Assembly (NCBI GenBank): GCA_019704295.1
Contig: AP024596.1
Location: 288,001-352,000, forward strand
Length of the DNA stretch: 64,000 bases
Source of the DNA: Sulfolobales archaeon HS-7
GTDB taxonomy: Archaea; Thermoproteota; Thermoprotei_A; Sulfolobales; Sulfolobaceae
Direction: 5' to 3'
The notes under the pieces were generated by a model. That model did not search any database. It was not told the DNA's origin and saw only the letters and a program-made list of their open reading frames with translations. Positions 31,071-40,888 of the stretch are shown piece by piece. The translations under genes and the position numbers were made by a program. Each line of letters starts with the position of its first letter. The stretch's first letter is position 1.

Positions 31071-31733
31071 TCATCTCCCCCTAAAGGACAGACGCAATAT
31101 GAATGCAAACCAACTCGCTATCTCCTTAATACCGAGTTTGCTTTTCCCCACTTTTCTATCAACGAAAATTATTGGATACTCCTTTATAACAAGTCCCCCC
31201 TTTTTTACGTAAAAGACGCTGCAAATTTGGAACTCATACCCGTTTGCCGACAGACAATTTATAGCCGCTTCCGCCGCCTTTCTTCCATAGACCCTAAAGT
31301 TTGATGTATTATCCTTTACTCCAGTTTGAAGGAGAATTCTCGCAAGGGCGTTTGCCCCGAAACTTATTACCCTTCTCGAGAGGGGCCACGCGCGAACTCC
31401 TCCTCCCTTGACGTACCGTGAACCTATAACTAAATCGGCATCGATTGAAAACATCTCTTTCAAATAAACGGGGTCGTGAGAAAGGTCTGCGTCCATTGTA
31501 GCTATCTTAGTACATTCCTCCTCTAACCCCCTTTTCATCCCATCCCTTAATGCCCCTCCTAAACCCCTTTCGTTCCTTAGGATGAGTTCCGCGCCTAGTG
31601 ATTTCGCCAGTGAGCCCGTTCCGTCGGGACTATTATCATCAACGACTATAACGTGTGCTATTTCCTTCACTTTGCTAAGGAGTTTCTCAATATTTTCCCT
31701 CTCATTATATGTGGGTATTACTATGCAGTTCAA
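31071..31733 (-). CDS. Polyprenol-monophosphomannose synthase-like GT2 glycosyltransferase
   Basis: IPTYNE, VDDNSPDGT, MDADLSH, GSRY and GKSKL motifs. Confidence 0.9.
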   Translation of the reverse strand: MNCIVIPTYNERENIEKLLSKVKEIAHVIVVDDNSPDGTGSLAKSLGAELILRNERGLGGALRDGMKRGLEEECTKIATMDADLSHDPVYLKEMFSIDADLVIGSRYVKGGGVRAWPLSRRVISFGANALARILLQTGVKDNTSNFRVYGRKAAEAAINCLSANGYEFQICSVFYVKKGGLVIKEYPIIFVDRKVGKSKLGIKEIASWFAFILRLSFRGR

Positions 31734-32053
31734 TTTCCGTTAATGGGTTTAGTCCTCTTCTATATTTTAACTTTTATTCCGATTTAGTGTGAGCGAAAAG
31801 TAATAGTCTACAGCACCTTCGTGAAGTTTAAAAGGATTACTCACAGCCGGTTTCAACACCTTTAACAGAACTACCAATAATCATTTCACGGAAGTAAACC
31901 ATGACTTGCCATTTCATCACGACCATTCTGGTAGGCATTGGTACCTATATTTTAGGAAAGTGTCAGAACGTCATGCCAAACTTTATTTTCCTATATATAC
32001 TTCCCTTCGCTCTTTAAAAATAATATATAAATCTTACCCCCAAAGAAAGTCAT

Positions 32054-32281
32054 ATGGAACTTGATCTTGAGGGATTACCACCATCTGTAAAACTGGTGTT
32101 AAAGGTTTTGGAGGAAATGGGAGAGGCTAAATTCTCAGAATTAATGTATGAGACTAAGCTACCGCAGAGGACGCTCAGGGAGGCAATAAAGATCCTAAGG
32201 GAGAGAGATATGATAGAGATAAGGCCTTGTCTAGAGGACATGAGAAAAAGAATTTACTGTATAAAGCTTAACGAGGGTTAG
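32054..32281 (+). CDS. Small winged-helix transcriptional regulator
   Basis: LPPSVKLV..ETKLPQRTLREAIKIL..DMRKRIY; 75 aa. Confidence 0.8.
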   Translation: MELDLEGLPPSVKLVLKVLEEMGEAKFSELMYETKLPQRTLREAIKILRERDMIEIRPCLEDMRKRIYCIKLNEG

Positions 32282-33294
32282 AATATAGGAATTACGTCCT
32301 CCTCTTTTATATCAAAAACCTCCTCTCCGCTAATCCCGATTTCAGGAATAGCGGGCATCTTTATTCCGTAGTGAGCTAGAGAGGCCCCAACTCTGACGAC
32401 TGCCTCCTTCCAAGCTCTCTCCTTCTCTTCAATTGTAGGTATTTCAAAACCGGCACCCCTAGCGATATTCTCCATTCTCTCGTTAACCTCATTAAACCAT
32501 GGAGGGAGTTTCCAAAAGTCCTTAGGAGGCCTATAAGTTATTAGGGAAAGAAAGACGAATCCAGCTCTTATTTGCTTAGTAACTAACTTCTTTTCCTCAT
32601 CCGTCATCTTAGGGGCTTTGTCCGTCATTATAAGGTGAGTGAAGGCATAGTGCCTGGTCTCATCAACAGCTGTATTCTTAAACGCCTCCTTGAAAGGTTG
32701 TATTCTAGTGTCCTTTCCCATCGTTGTAAACACGGTAGTCGCAGCGGCCTCTCCCATCATAAATGAGGTGAACAACACATCTATTGTGTACTTCTTGTAG
32801 GAATCGAGGTAGGCCTTCCAATACCTAGAACCGTTGTACCATGTCCACAAAACGTTTAACCTGGCTTTTGCCTCAAGTTCGTCCTGGGGTTTGAAATTAG
32901 GAAATTCGGGGAAAACTGAGTTTATAGCGTATCCGCAAACTAGGTTGTGCCTGTTTTCATCCCAAGTAATGGTGGACACTAATGACCTCACCGCAGTAGG
33001 AAGGTGATTTTCAAAGGATTTAACTAGAGCGTATGCGAAAACCGGAGTCGCATTATCAAAGTTCGAGAGAAGTGCCCACCAATAGGCTATAGCTAACCTT
33101 TCCTTTCTGTCAAGACCTGACGCTATTTCCCTCACTTTATCCCAGTCTATCTTGTCTTCATCCCATTGCTCTGCCTTGGCCCTTCTATACAACTTCCAGG
33201 CCCTTTCGTTATCGAAATCCCATTTAGGAGGGTAAACGTTATTCTCTGGAAAAGGCGGTTCGTTTGAGAAGTCAAACGATGACATAAAGACCAC
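32278..33294 (-). CDS. Ferritin-like di-metal carboxylate protein
   Basis: Two D-E-x-x-H motifs (DENRH, DETRH) and an intervening GEAAA; N-terminal LY..AK..QW..IDW as in R2/AurF-like proteins. Confidence 0.75.
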   Translation of the reverse strand: MVFMSSFDFSNEPPFPENNVYPPKWDFDNERAWKLYRRAKAEQWDEDKIDWDKVREIASGLDRKERLAIAYWWALLSNFDNATPVFAYALVKSFENHLPTAVRSLVSTITWDENRHNLVCGYAINSVFPEFPNFKPQDELEAKARLNVLWTWYNGSRYWKAYLDSYKKYTIDVLFTSFMMGEAAATTVFTTMGKDTRIQPFKEAFKNTAVDETRHYAFTHLIMTDKAPKMTDEEKKLVTKQIRAGFVFLSLITYRPPKDFWKLPPWFNEVNERMENIARGAGFEIPTIEEKERAWKEAVVRVGASLAHYGIKMPAIPEIGISGEEVFDIKEEDVIPIF

Positions 33295-33464
33295 GTGTAC
33301 TATATTGGTAGCCTGCTATTTAATCTTATTTGATATTTTCAACTTAATATCATTCTAGAGTATAAAGAATATTTTTGTAATTGAGATTATATTTCTGTGA
33401 GGGTAGTTAGTGATGTTCCAAAATTTCAAGTTCATAATTTATACTGGGAATTAGTATAGGTGTT

Positions 33465-34277
33465 ATGGAGTATAGGCCCCTCTGTAAGAAATGTGATAAA
33501 GTATCTGTGGTAGGTATGGGAACCTATTACGATCCCTTATGGATCGTTTTATCTAGATTTAACGTATTCAGAGGCGCGGAGGAGAAGGTAAAGGCAATTA
33601 AAGCGGGTATAGAACACGGGATAAACTTCATAGATACCGCAGAGTTATACGGTTCAGAGCACCTGGTTAGAGAGGCAATAAAGGAGTATAAAAGGGATCA
33701 ACTCTTCATAGCTACAAAGGTTTGGAGAAGTCATCTCAAAAGGGAACAGGTGTTAAAGGCGATTGATGGCAGTCTAAGGAGGTTGGGCCTAACTTACGTT
33801 GACCTATACCAGATTCACTTCCCTAGCTATACAGTCCCGATAGAGGAGACAATACATGCGATGGAGGACCTTGTCGATAAGGGTAAGGTACGTTACATCG
33901 GTATAAGCAACTTCTCTCTTGAAAAAATGAAAAAGGCCGTCGAATCATTTAGGAAGTACGAATTGGCATCGACCCAAATGAATTACAGTCTAGCTAACAG
34001 GGAGATCGAGAGGGATATAATCCCCTTTTGTAGAGAGAACGGAATAGGTGTAATAGCCTACTACCCACTAGGTCACGGGAAGTTAATACGGAACAGGGAG
34101 GTCAATGACGTTGCAAAGAGATTAGGGAAGACGCCAGCTCAGGTCGTCCTTAACTGGGTGATAAACAAAGGGGCTTTTCCCATACCCAGAGCGTCTAGGG
34201 AAAGTCACGTAATAGACAACGTGTTAAGCGCTGGTTGGGAACTTTCACCCGAGGATATAAGGCAGCTGGAGTCGTGA
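33465..34277 (+). CDS. Aldo/keto reductase
   Basis: IDTAELYG, IATK, DLYQIHFP, IGISNF, YYPLGHG and PIPRAS motifs. Confidence 0.94.
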   Translation: MEYRPLCKKCDKVSVVGMGTYYDPLWIVLSRFNVFRGAEEKVKAIKAGIEHGINFIDTAELYGSEHLVREAIKEYKRDQLFIATKVWRSHLKREQVLKAIDGSLRRLGLTYVDLYQIHFPSYTVPIEETIHAMEDLVDKGKVRYIGISNFSLEKMKKAVESFRKYELASTQMNYSLANREIERDIIPFCRENGIGVIAYYPLGHGKLIRNREVNDVAKRLGKTPAQVVLNWVINKGAFPIPRASRESHVIDNVLSAGWELSPEDIRQLES

Positions 34278-34420
34278 TGAGTGTAATTCAGAGGTCTTTT
34301 GTGAACTCTAGTTCGCGAATAACATATAGCGAAGTAGACCGATGAATAAATTCTTACCTAGTAGAGACCGTGTATTCAAATTTTTATGAACCCAGAAACC
34401 CCTGTAATTTTCTCAATTGT

Positions 34421-37012
34421 CTATTTGAAGAAGCTATCCAGTGTTACTTGATTATCATCTATCCTCTTATTGCATATTTGAAGTAGATATTCTTTACTTG
34501 CTTTCTTCTCCTCATCGTCTGGACCGTGCACGGAGAGTATTTCGGCTATATTACATAATTCCTGTGGTGAAAATGTGAAAATTGTTGAGGTAATCTCTTT
34601 CTCGACTCCCTTCTTTCCCTCTTCTTCGAAACGTCTGAGTAAGTAATGATAAGCGTCTATAATTATCCTTTCTTTGTTTCCAAACCTGACCCTGTTCTTA
34701 AAGTTCAGTAACTCAATATCCGATTTCTCTTTACCAGAGGATCTCTTTATAATTCCTTCTTTCTCTAAGTACTCAACACTCAAATCTGGGAAACCCCTTG
34801 TAAGGTTAATTAGCTCGTCACTTGAAATAACTACTTTTATACCTTTACTATCCTTTCTAATATATATGTCAGATACCCTGGTGAAAAGGTAAAGTTTAGT
34901 CACCGAATCCATGGCAGAAATGTTTTTATTTGTCATAAAGTTGACAATTTTAACTGGAGCAACCTCATAGACCATCTCTATGACGCTATCAAATGGTTTC
35001 ACATCCTTTCTCTTCGCCAAAAGATTAGAGTACTGAGTCGCAACGCTAAGTGATGCCCCTATACCTGCTAGCATGATATCAGCCCCTTTATACCCCTTTT
35101 CAATAGCTCTCTTTATAGAGGTAGTAATCGCTCTCTCAATATCGCTTTTAAGGTCTTCGACGAAAGCTTGTCTGTCCTCCTTCCGCTTCCTCAATACCAT
35201 TACAACTGATGTCTGCATAGCTACCTTTCCACGACTTACGGAGGAGCTCTCTTGCTCTGTATGAACAGGTATCGTATTGGAAATCGTGAAACCGGATTCC
35301 ACTATAGCTTGAAGCACTGAGATCCAGAACTCTGGCCTTTTATGAGCATAGAACATTGCAATAATCCCATCGTCTTTAAGCACTCTTTTCATGAAGTTTA
35401 GAACGGTTTTAAATTTCATTTCAAAAAAATTCCTATTTCTCCCTGGTCCTACGCTCATCTCCTCCATTGATCTTTCTCTCCATAATGACGAAAAATGGAA
35501 ATTTTCCGGATACACGTCTTCAAGGACAGGTTTCATTAGTGCGTAGAAGAAATCCGAGATCTCGGCGTATTGCACGTCGTCATAGTAGGGGGGATCTGTC
35601 ACGATAAGGTCAATTGAACCATCTGAGATTGGTAGATCTTCTGCACTTTTCATCAAAAGAGTGTAATTTGGGTTATCTTTGACTCTCTCTTGTATGAATG
35701 CACATGCCTCAACAATATCACAAAACATAGACCAAAGCGAACCTGAGAAAAGGGAGAAAGGGTTGACTTCAACGACATTCCACGTCATTGCGGGTCTTCT
35801 GAATGCCATAGTGTCCCCTACAACGACGTAGGATGAATGCCAGTGGGTTAAGAACGAATTATGATCTCCATGTTTGCTCACTAAAAATGAGAGATATAGT
35901 CTAAGCATCGCTTCTTCTTTAGGTACTTGTTTTCTAATTTCCTCTATAAGCTCGGAAAGAACCTTTAGCTGACGTTTATTAAACATTTCTGCATAGTTAC
36001 GAAAACCATATCTTGATGCACTTACCACTTTATCCTGTATTACCTCTACGTTTATAGGAGATTCAGAAACTTGAGGGAGATTGGAATCTTCTGGTCTAGC
36101 TAAATGAAATTCCTTGTCCTCGGTCATTATGATCAAGAGTCTTGCCCTGTTAGGTTCTTTACTGATTTTACTTACTAATTCTTTCTCTGGAATTGAATAG
36201 TTGCACCTAGGGCACATTACTTCCTTGTTAGATGCTTTCGTAGGAGAAGCTTTAGTCTCACCTTCTTCAATTTCTACGATGTAATCGTCTCCTTTATATT
36301 CTATTGAGAGGTAAAGCTTCTCTTTCGACTTTACCTTCTTCAAATACCAACTAGATGTAATGGGAATTTTAGCTCCACAATTAGGACAGTCCGTCTCTCT
36401 AAACCATAAATACGCAGCCACTCTTTTACCATTAAAATCTGGGAACAGCTTTTCGTTCTTTTGTTTAACGCCTAAAATGATCTTGCATCCTAAGTCGACA
36501 AGCTTTCCTAACTTCGATTTATCCTCCTTTGTACAGACATCTTCCATGTCAACGGTAAATCCTCTTTTATACTTCTTAGAGATTCTTTCCCATTCCTTAA
36601 CATTTACTAGCTCCTCTCTTATATCAAGAGCCTTTAACAAGGCCCACGCCACAGGGTTATAGTCGTTTGCGATGACTTTTAGACCAAGTCTTAAGCCTTC
36701 AAATGGTATTGACCCTCCACCAGCGAATGGATCCAAGAGAGTAAGATTTTCAAATCTTTTTATAACATCCTTAGGAATAGGATTTTCTACTGTAGCTTCG
36801 TTTCCTTTTATCATTAGTCTGATAAACTCCTCATCATTGTCCAGAATCGAGCCTAAGATCATAGCCCTGGAAACTACTAAAGGTTTCCTCGCCCACCAAA
36901 AATTTAGTTCACTAATAGGATATCTCCCCCCTGTCTTTTCCCTTCTTGCTTCTTCATTTATCTTCTCTAGCTCAGGTAATCCCCTTTCTATTAGCTTTCC
37001 TCCTTCGGGCAC
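34421..37012 (-). CDS. DUF1156 adenine-specific DNA methyltransferase with Zn ribbons
   Basis: WWARKPL, DPFAGGGSIP (motif I), CPNCG and CPRC, TDPPYYD (motif IV), YAEISDFFY. Confidence 0.92.
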   Translation of the reverse strand: MPEGGKLIERGLPELEKINEEARREKTGGRYPISELNFWWARKPLVVSRAMILGSILDNDEEFIRLMIKGNEATVENPIPKDVIKRFENLTLLDPFAGGGSIPFEGLRLGLKVIANDYNPVAWALLKALDIREELVNVKEWERISKKYKRGFTVDMEDVCTKEDKSKLGKLVDLGCKIILGVKQKNEKLFPDFNGKRVAAYLWFRETDCPNCGAKIPITSSWYLKKVKSKEKLYLSIEYKGDDYIVEIEEGETKASPTKASNKEVMCPRCNYSIPEKELVSKISKEPNRARLLIIMTEDKEFHLARPEDSNLPQVSESPINVEVIQDKVVSASRYGFRNYAEMFNKRQLKVLSELIEEIRKQVPKEEAMLRLYLSFLVSKHGDHNSFLTHWHSSYVVVGDTMAFRRPAMTWNVVEVNPFSLFSGSLWSMFCDIVEACAFIQERVKDNPNYTLLMKSAEDLPISDGSIDLIVTDPPYYDDVQYAEISDFFYALMKPVLEDVYPENFHFSSLWRERSMEEMSVGPGRNRNFFEMKFKTVLNFMKRVLKDDGIIAMFYAHKRPEFWISVLQAIVESGFTISNTIPVHTEQESSSVSRGKVAMQTSVVMVLRKRKEDRQAFVEDLKSDIERAITTSIKRAIEKGYKGADIMLAGIGASLSVATQYSNLLAKRKDVKPFDSVIEMVYEVAPVKIVNFMTNKNISAMDSVTKLYLFTRVSDIYIRKDSKGIKVVISSDELINLTRGFPDLSVEYLEKEGIIKRSSGKEKSDIELLNFKNRVRFGNKERIIIDAYHYLLRRFEEEGKKGVEKEITSTIFTFSPQELCNIAEILSVHGPDDEEKKASKEYLLQICNKRIDDNQVTLDSFFK

Positions 37013-37047
37013 AGTTAAAGATAAATCAAGAGAGATTATTATTATTT
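37013..37047. promoter_or_regulatory. Compact bidirectional promoter region
   Basis: Only 35 AT-rich bp between the divergent GTG (37012) and ATG (37048). Confidence 0.45.
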
Positions 37048-40000
37048 ATGGAAATGAAGGCAGTATGGGAAGCCAATAAACCCTCTCAGGACATACTCTC
37101 AAGCTCTCTTTCCGAAGATCAATTTGGAATAGAAATAAGTAATGTCGTACGTGGAAAAGCTCCAAAAGTCTACCTAGATCCCTTCGAGTTCTTTAGGAGG
37201 ACGTACTTTACCAAATCACTATCAAGGATACTTAAGGACGCGATACTCACAGTGACTAATGGCACCGGTACTCCTATTTACGCTGTTTTGACAAGTTTCG
37301 GGGGAGGGAAGACTCACATACTTATAGCTCTTTACCACTTCTTTAAGGCTAATAAAAAGCAGGAGCTATTGTCTATCTCCTCAATTTCGTCTTTACTTGA
37401 TGATATCAAAACAGGTAACGTGACAATGAATATCCCTGAGGTTAACGTGGTTGTCATTGACGGATTGAATTTAGAAAAAGATGATAACCTCTTTCAATAC
37501 CTATCCAGATCACTCAAATCGGACGTTGATCTTAGCGATCCTACTGAACAGAAAATGTCCTTTATGCTGGAAAAAGCTGCTCCCACAGTAATTTTGATAG
37601 ATGAGATCGGGGAATATATTAGGAAGCTCGACACCTATCAGAGAACGAACAAAATCCAGGAGGTTTTGCTCTTTTTCAGATTACTGACTTCGGCTATCAC
37701 AAGTAGAACAAGAACGTTTCTCCTAGTCACGTTGACCGATGAGACTTTACCTCCAGAGCTCAGGAGTTACATCAGTGATATCGCTAAAATCCTCTCGCGT
37801 TACGTTAACCCACTAGAACCTACAACCCGAGAGGAGGTAGTAGAGATCATCAAAGCAAGGCTTTTCGAGTACATCGATAAAAACAACGGTGATAAAGTTT
37901 CCTCGTTTTTCTCATCTTATTATACTAAGTTCAAAGACTACTATCCTGCAGAGGCGTCAGAATATTACTATAAAATGATAAAATACTATCCGTTTCATCC
38001 TACTTTAATAGATACATTGTATGGAAGGATATCAACAATTCCCGGCTTCCAAAAGACCCGACATACACTTAGGTTTCTAGCTTACGTTGTAAGGGAAGTG
38101 TGGAAAAAGAAGGAAAAAGATGCGTATTTAATAGGATTAGATTCGGTTGACCTGAGCAATTCGGATATTCTGAATAGTCTTTTAAACAACATAGGAAGAG
38201 ATGCGCTTTCAACTGTTGCAAAGTTCGACATCGAGTCTGACAAAGGGGGGAAAGCCAAAGGAATGGGCTTAGATCACTTGCTTACAGCTAGGGTGATCTT
38301 CATGGGATCTATCATAGGTACAGACCAACCCCTAGATAGGAACGCATTTAGAAAAAGCGACATCCTTTTAGGTCTGACTAACGTAATTCAAAAGGTTAAC
38401 CCAGGGTGGATTGACACAGTTCTAAAAGACCTTACAGACAAGCTCTGGTATATCTATACGGACAATGTAGATAGATATTGGTTTGCTACAACGCCCAACA
38501 TAAACAAGGCTATAGAGGATACGAAAGCTAATGTTAAGTCTGAACGGGTGGACAAAATAAGGGAATATCTGGAGGAGTTTCAGAGAGATTTCAAGAGAGA
38601 ATTTGAGGGATTCGAAGTCAGAGTAGACACTGATTTAGAGGACCTAGATGATCCGAAATTACGTTTAATCATTATAGACCCCTCCGTAGAGGGCTCCAGC
38701 CTAACGATAAGTTACGAGGGAGGTGACATAGAACCCCCTCAGAAATTGCTAAGTTATTTTAACGTGAGGTCTTATAAGAACACTGTAATATTTATTGTTC
38801 CTAGTAGAGTCTATTTCGAGAAAGCTCTAGATGAAGCGGCTACAATAGTTGCGTTAGAGAGATTAGAAAGTCTGGAGTCAATGAATCAGTACAGTAAGGA
38901 GTTGAAACAGAAGAAAGCGGATTACGACGCGAGATTAAGGTTCTCCCTAGTTAATGCCTTCAGTTTTATTTTTTACCCAGTTTCAAAGGAGGGCTGTAGA
39001 TTAGAAGGTGAAAAAATACAGCCCGACGTTTATACCAAGGACGTTTCCTTAACTTCAGAGAAATTAGCTAAAAAGGCGATGGAAACTTTAGAGAGCAAAA
39101 CTAAGGTCATAAGGAAGTCAGACGATGTAACTGATGAATATCTCAAATACATATTTAGTTTAAAATCTGAACGTATAGCTGTAAAGGAATTTCTGGATAA
39201 TCTGAAGAGAAGGTGCGACGCACCAATAATTCCCGATGGAACGACCCAAATTGACTTAATTAAGAGAGCGGTATCTAAAGGATACGTAAGTTATAAGTCT
39301 GCTGATGGGCTCCTTACTAACTTAAAGGAAATATCTAAGGAGATAGGGAAGAGAGACGGTATTAACGTAGATGTAATACAGCTCATTGCGGAAGGCTCCA
39401 AACTTGGATTGGAAATAGCTAAAAAAATGAAACAAAAATTCGATAACGAAGCTATTGAGGTTAAAGATGACGGGTTCCTAATAAACAATGAAGAAGTGAT
39501 CAATGAGGTTAAGACGTATTTGCCGCCTTTAATTGAAGAGATCGAGAAGAAAAAAATTCACCAAACTCCCGACGTTAACAAAATCGAAAGCCAATCCGTT
39601 TCCCCACAAGATATTTTCAAGCAGGAGAGAAGGGAGGAGATATCATTAGACGACTTAGACAATATAATAAGTGAAGGTTTCAAAGTCGAAATAAGAAACG
39701 TCGTAGTTACCATTAACAATTATCAAGATTTCTCTGGTTCAGTATCCAGTCTTGGTCTTATAATATCTGGTATTAAAGTACATGACCCTAAAATTAGCAT
39801 AAGTGTTACACAGACTTCCAGGGATTCGCAGCGTAAACTCTCCCTAGAGTTAAACACTGATTTAGAAAATTTTCAAAGAATAATTCAATTTTCAAGAGAT
39901 ATTGTAAATAACTCATTTAGAAACGGATTAGTTAACCTAAATTTTAGGCTTGGTATAGAATTGACAGAATATAAGATAAAACAAAATGATGATTTCATAA

Positions 40001-40074
40001 AAAATCTGAAAGGGCTGAAGCCGAAAGAACAGGAAGGAATTCACGTGAAACTAAATGTGATCGTAACGAAATGA
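37048..40074 (+). CDS. DUF499 AAA+-type ATPase
   Basis: YLDPFEFFRRTY, Walker A TSFGGGKTH, Walker B ILIDE, YPFHP, FQKTRHTLR; start moved from 36946 to ATG 37048 (or 37054). Confidence 0.9.
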   Translation: MEMKAVWEANKPSQDILSSSLSEDQFGIEISNVVRGKAPKVYLDPFEFFRRTYFTKSLSRILKDAILTVTNGTGTPIYAVLTSFGGGKTHILIALYHFFKANKKQELLSISSISSLLDDIKTGNVTMNIPEVNVVVIDGLNLEKDDNLFQYLSRSLKSDVDLSDPTEQKMSFMLEKAAPTVILIDEIGEYIRKLDTYQRTNKIQEVLLFFRLLTSAITSRTRTFLLVTLTDETLPPELRSYISDIAKILSRYVNPLEPTTREEVVEIIKARLFEYIDKNNGDKVSSFFSSYYTKFKDYYPAEASEYYYKMIKYYPFHPTLIDTLYGRISTIPGFQKTRHTLRFLAYVVREVWKKKEKDAYLIGLDSVDLSNSDILNSLLNNIGRDALSTVAKFDIESDKGGKAKGMGLDHLLTARVIFMGSIIGTDQPLDRNAFRKSDILLGLTNVIQKVNPGWIDTVLKDLTDKLWYIYTDNVDRYWFATTPNINKAIEDTKANVKSERVDKIREYLEEFQRDFKREFEGFEVRVDTDLEDLDDPKLRLIIIDPSVEGSSLTISYEGGDIEPPQKLLSYFNVRSYKNTVIFIVPSRVYFEKALDEAATIVALERLESLESMNQYSKELKQKKADYDARLRFSLVNAFSFIFYPVSKEGCRLEGEKIQPDVYTKDVSLTSEKLAKKAMETLESKTKVIRKSDDVTDEYLKYIFSLKSERIAVKEFLDNLKRRCDAPIIPDGTTQIDLIKRAVSKGYVSYKSADGLLTNLKEISKEIGKRDGINVDVIQLIAEGSKLGLEIAKKMKQKFDNEAIEVKDDGFLINNEEVINEVKTYLPPLIEEIEKKKIHQTPDVNKIESQSVSPQDIFKQERREEISLDDLDNIISEGFKVEIRNVVVTINNYQDFSGSVSSLGLIISGIKVHDPKISISVTQTSRDSQRKLSLELNTDLENFQRIIQFSRDIVNNSFRNGLVNLNFRLGIELTEYKIKQNDDFIKNLKGLKPKEQEGIHVKLNVIVTK

Positions 40075-40229
40075 ACTCCTACTTTTTAAGGAAAATTACT
40101 AATTTATATATAACGTTAATAAAACTAAAATTCTCTCGGTCATAAGAGAAGGACCGTGAGCTAAAACGTTCTCTTATTACAGATCATTTCCTAACTACTA
40201 TAATCTATGAAAATGGTAAGGAGCCTTCC

Positions 40230-40384
40230 GCGGGGAAGACGCGCGCCACCAGCGCAAGGATTAGTAAGTCCATACAAAGGCTTAATCCTAAGAGGTTCAA
40301 GTTACTCAAGATAGGAACGTCAAGGACTATAACGTTGACGCAAGTGACGTTCTGGACTTGCCATTCTCATAGCTGTGTTAGAGG
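40230..40384 (+). mobile_element. Unclassified IS-like 3' remnant inside the defence locus
   Basis: AGKTRAT..SKSIQRLNPKRFKLLK, frameshift, NVKDYNVDASDVLDLPFS* then CTGTGTTAGAGG; homologous to 21560-21715. Confidence 0.6.
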
Positions 40385-40542
40385 CCAAGTAGGTAAAGCC
40401 TCTATGAAGAATGCTCAGGATTACCTAGGGTGAGTCTCTCTTGATTATACATCCAGAGCGGAAGTTCAGCTCTTTAACCCTTGTGATGATAATATTTTCA
40501 TGCCCACTCTCTTATATATGCTGATCTCAACTAGGTGAGAAG

Positions 40543-40887
40543 ATGGCTCTTAAAGAGGTATATGACGTATTTGAAATCAGTGTAAACAAAAAGAATGTGT
40601 GTCTCTATTTCAAGGGGGAAAATGTTAAAGTAAAGTACTCGTGTTGTTCTAGGGATTACATGAAGTACATAAATATCCTAGAAGAGAGGAAAGTAATCCC
40701 TGAAGCAGAGTTTAGAAAAGTTGCTAGACTTTTCATCTTGATGAAAGTATTGCCTTACACCAAATCCAAATACAAAGCGGTCGACATAGTTAGATCATTA
40801 CCCGATATGGAGGTATCCTTCTGGTTTTCCAAGTTCTCAGCATTAGGAAATAGGGCAGTGTCTTCCTTCATGAAACTCTACCTCTGA
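40543..40887 (+). CDS. Small defence-associated protein (DUF3780/DUF7680-like)
   Basis: C-terminal VRSLPDMEVSFWFSKF....RAVSSFMKLY resembles the E-x-x-(Y/F)-W-(Y/F)-x-K...A-x-x-x-L pattern of small proteins in DUF499 loci; gene context. Confidence 0.6.
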   Translation: MALKEVYDVFEISVNKKNVCLYFKGENVKVKYSCCSRDYMKYINILEERKVIPEAEFRKVARLFILMKVLPYTKSKYKAVDIVRSLPDMEVSFWFSKFSALGNRAVSSFMKLYL

Positions 40888-40888
40888 T

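Noticed and set aside
36946-37047. Longer N-terminus of the DUF499 ORF given by the ORF track
   Set aside because: It starts at TTG, overlaps the divergent methylase gene and has no conserved content; ATG 37048/37054 is more plausible
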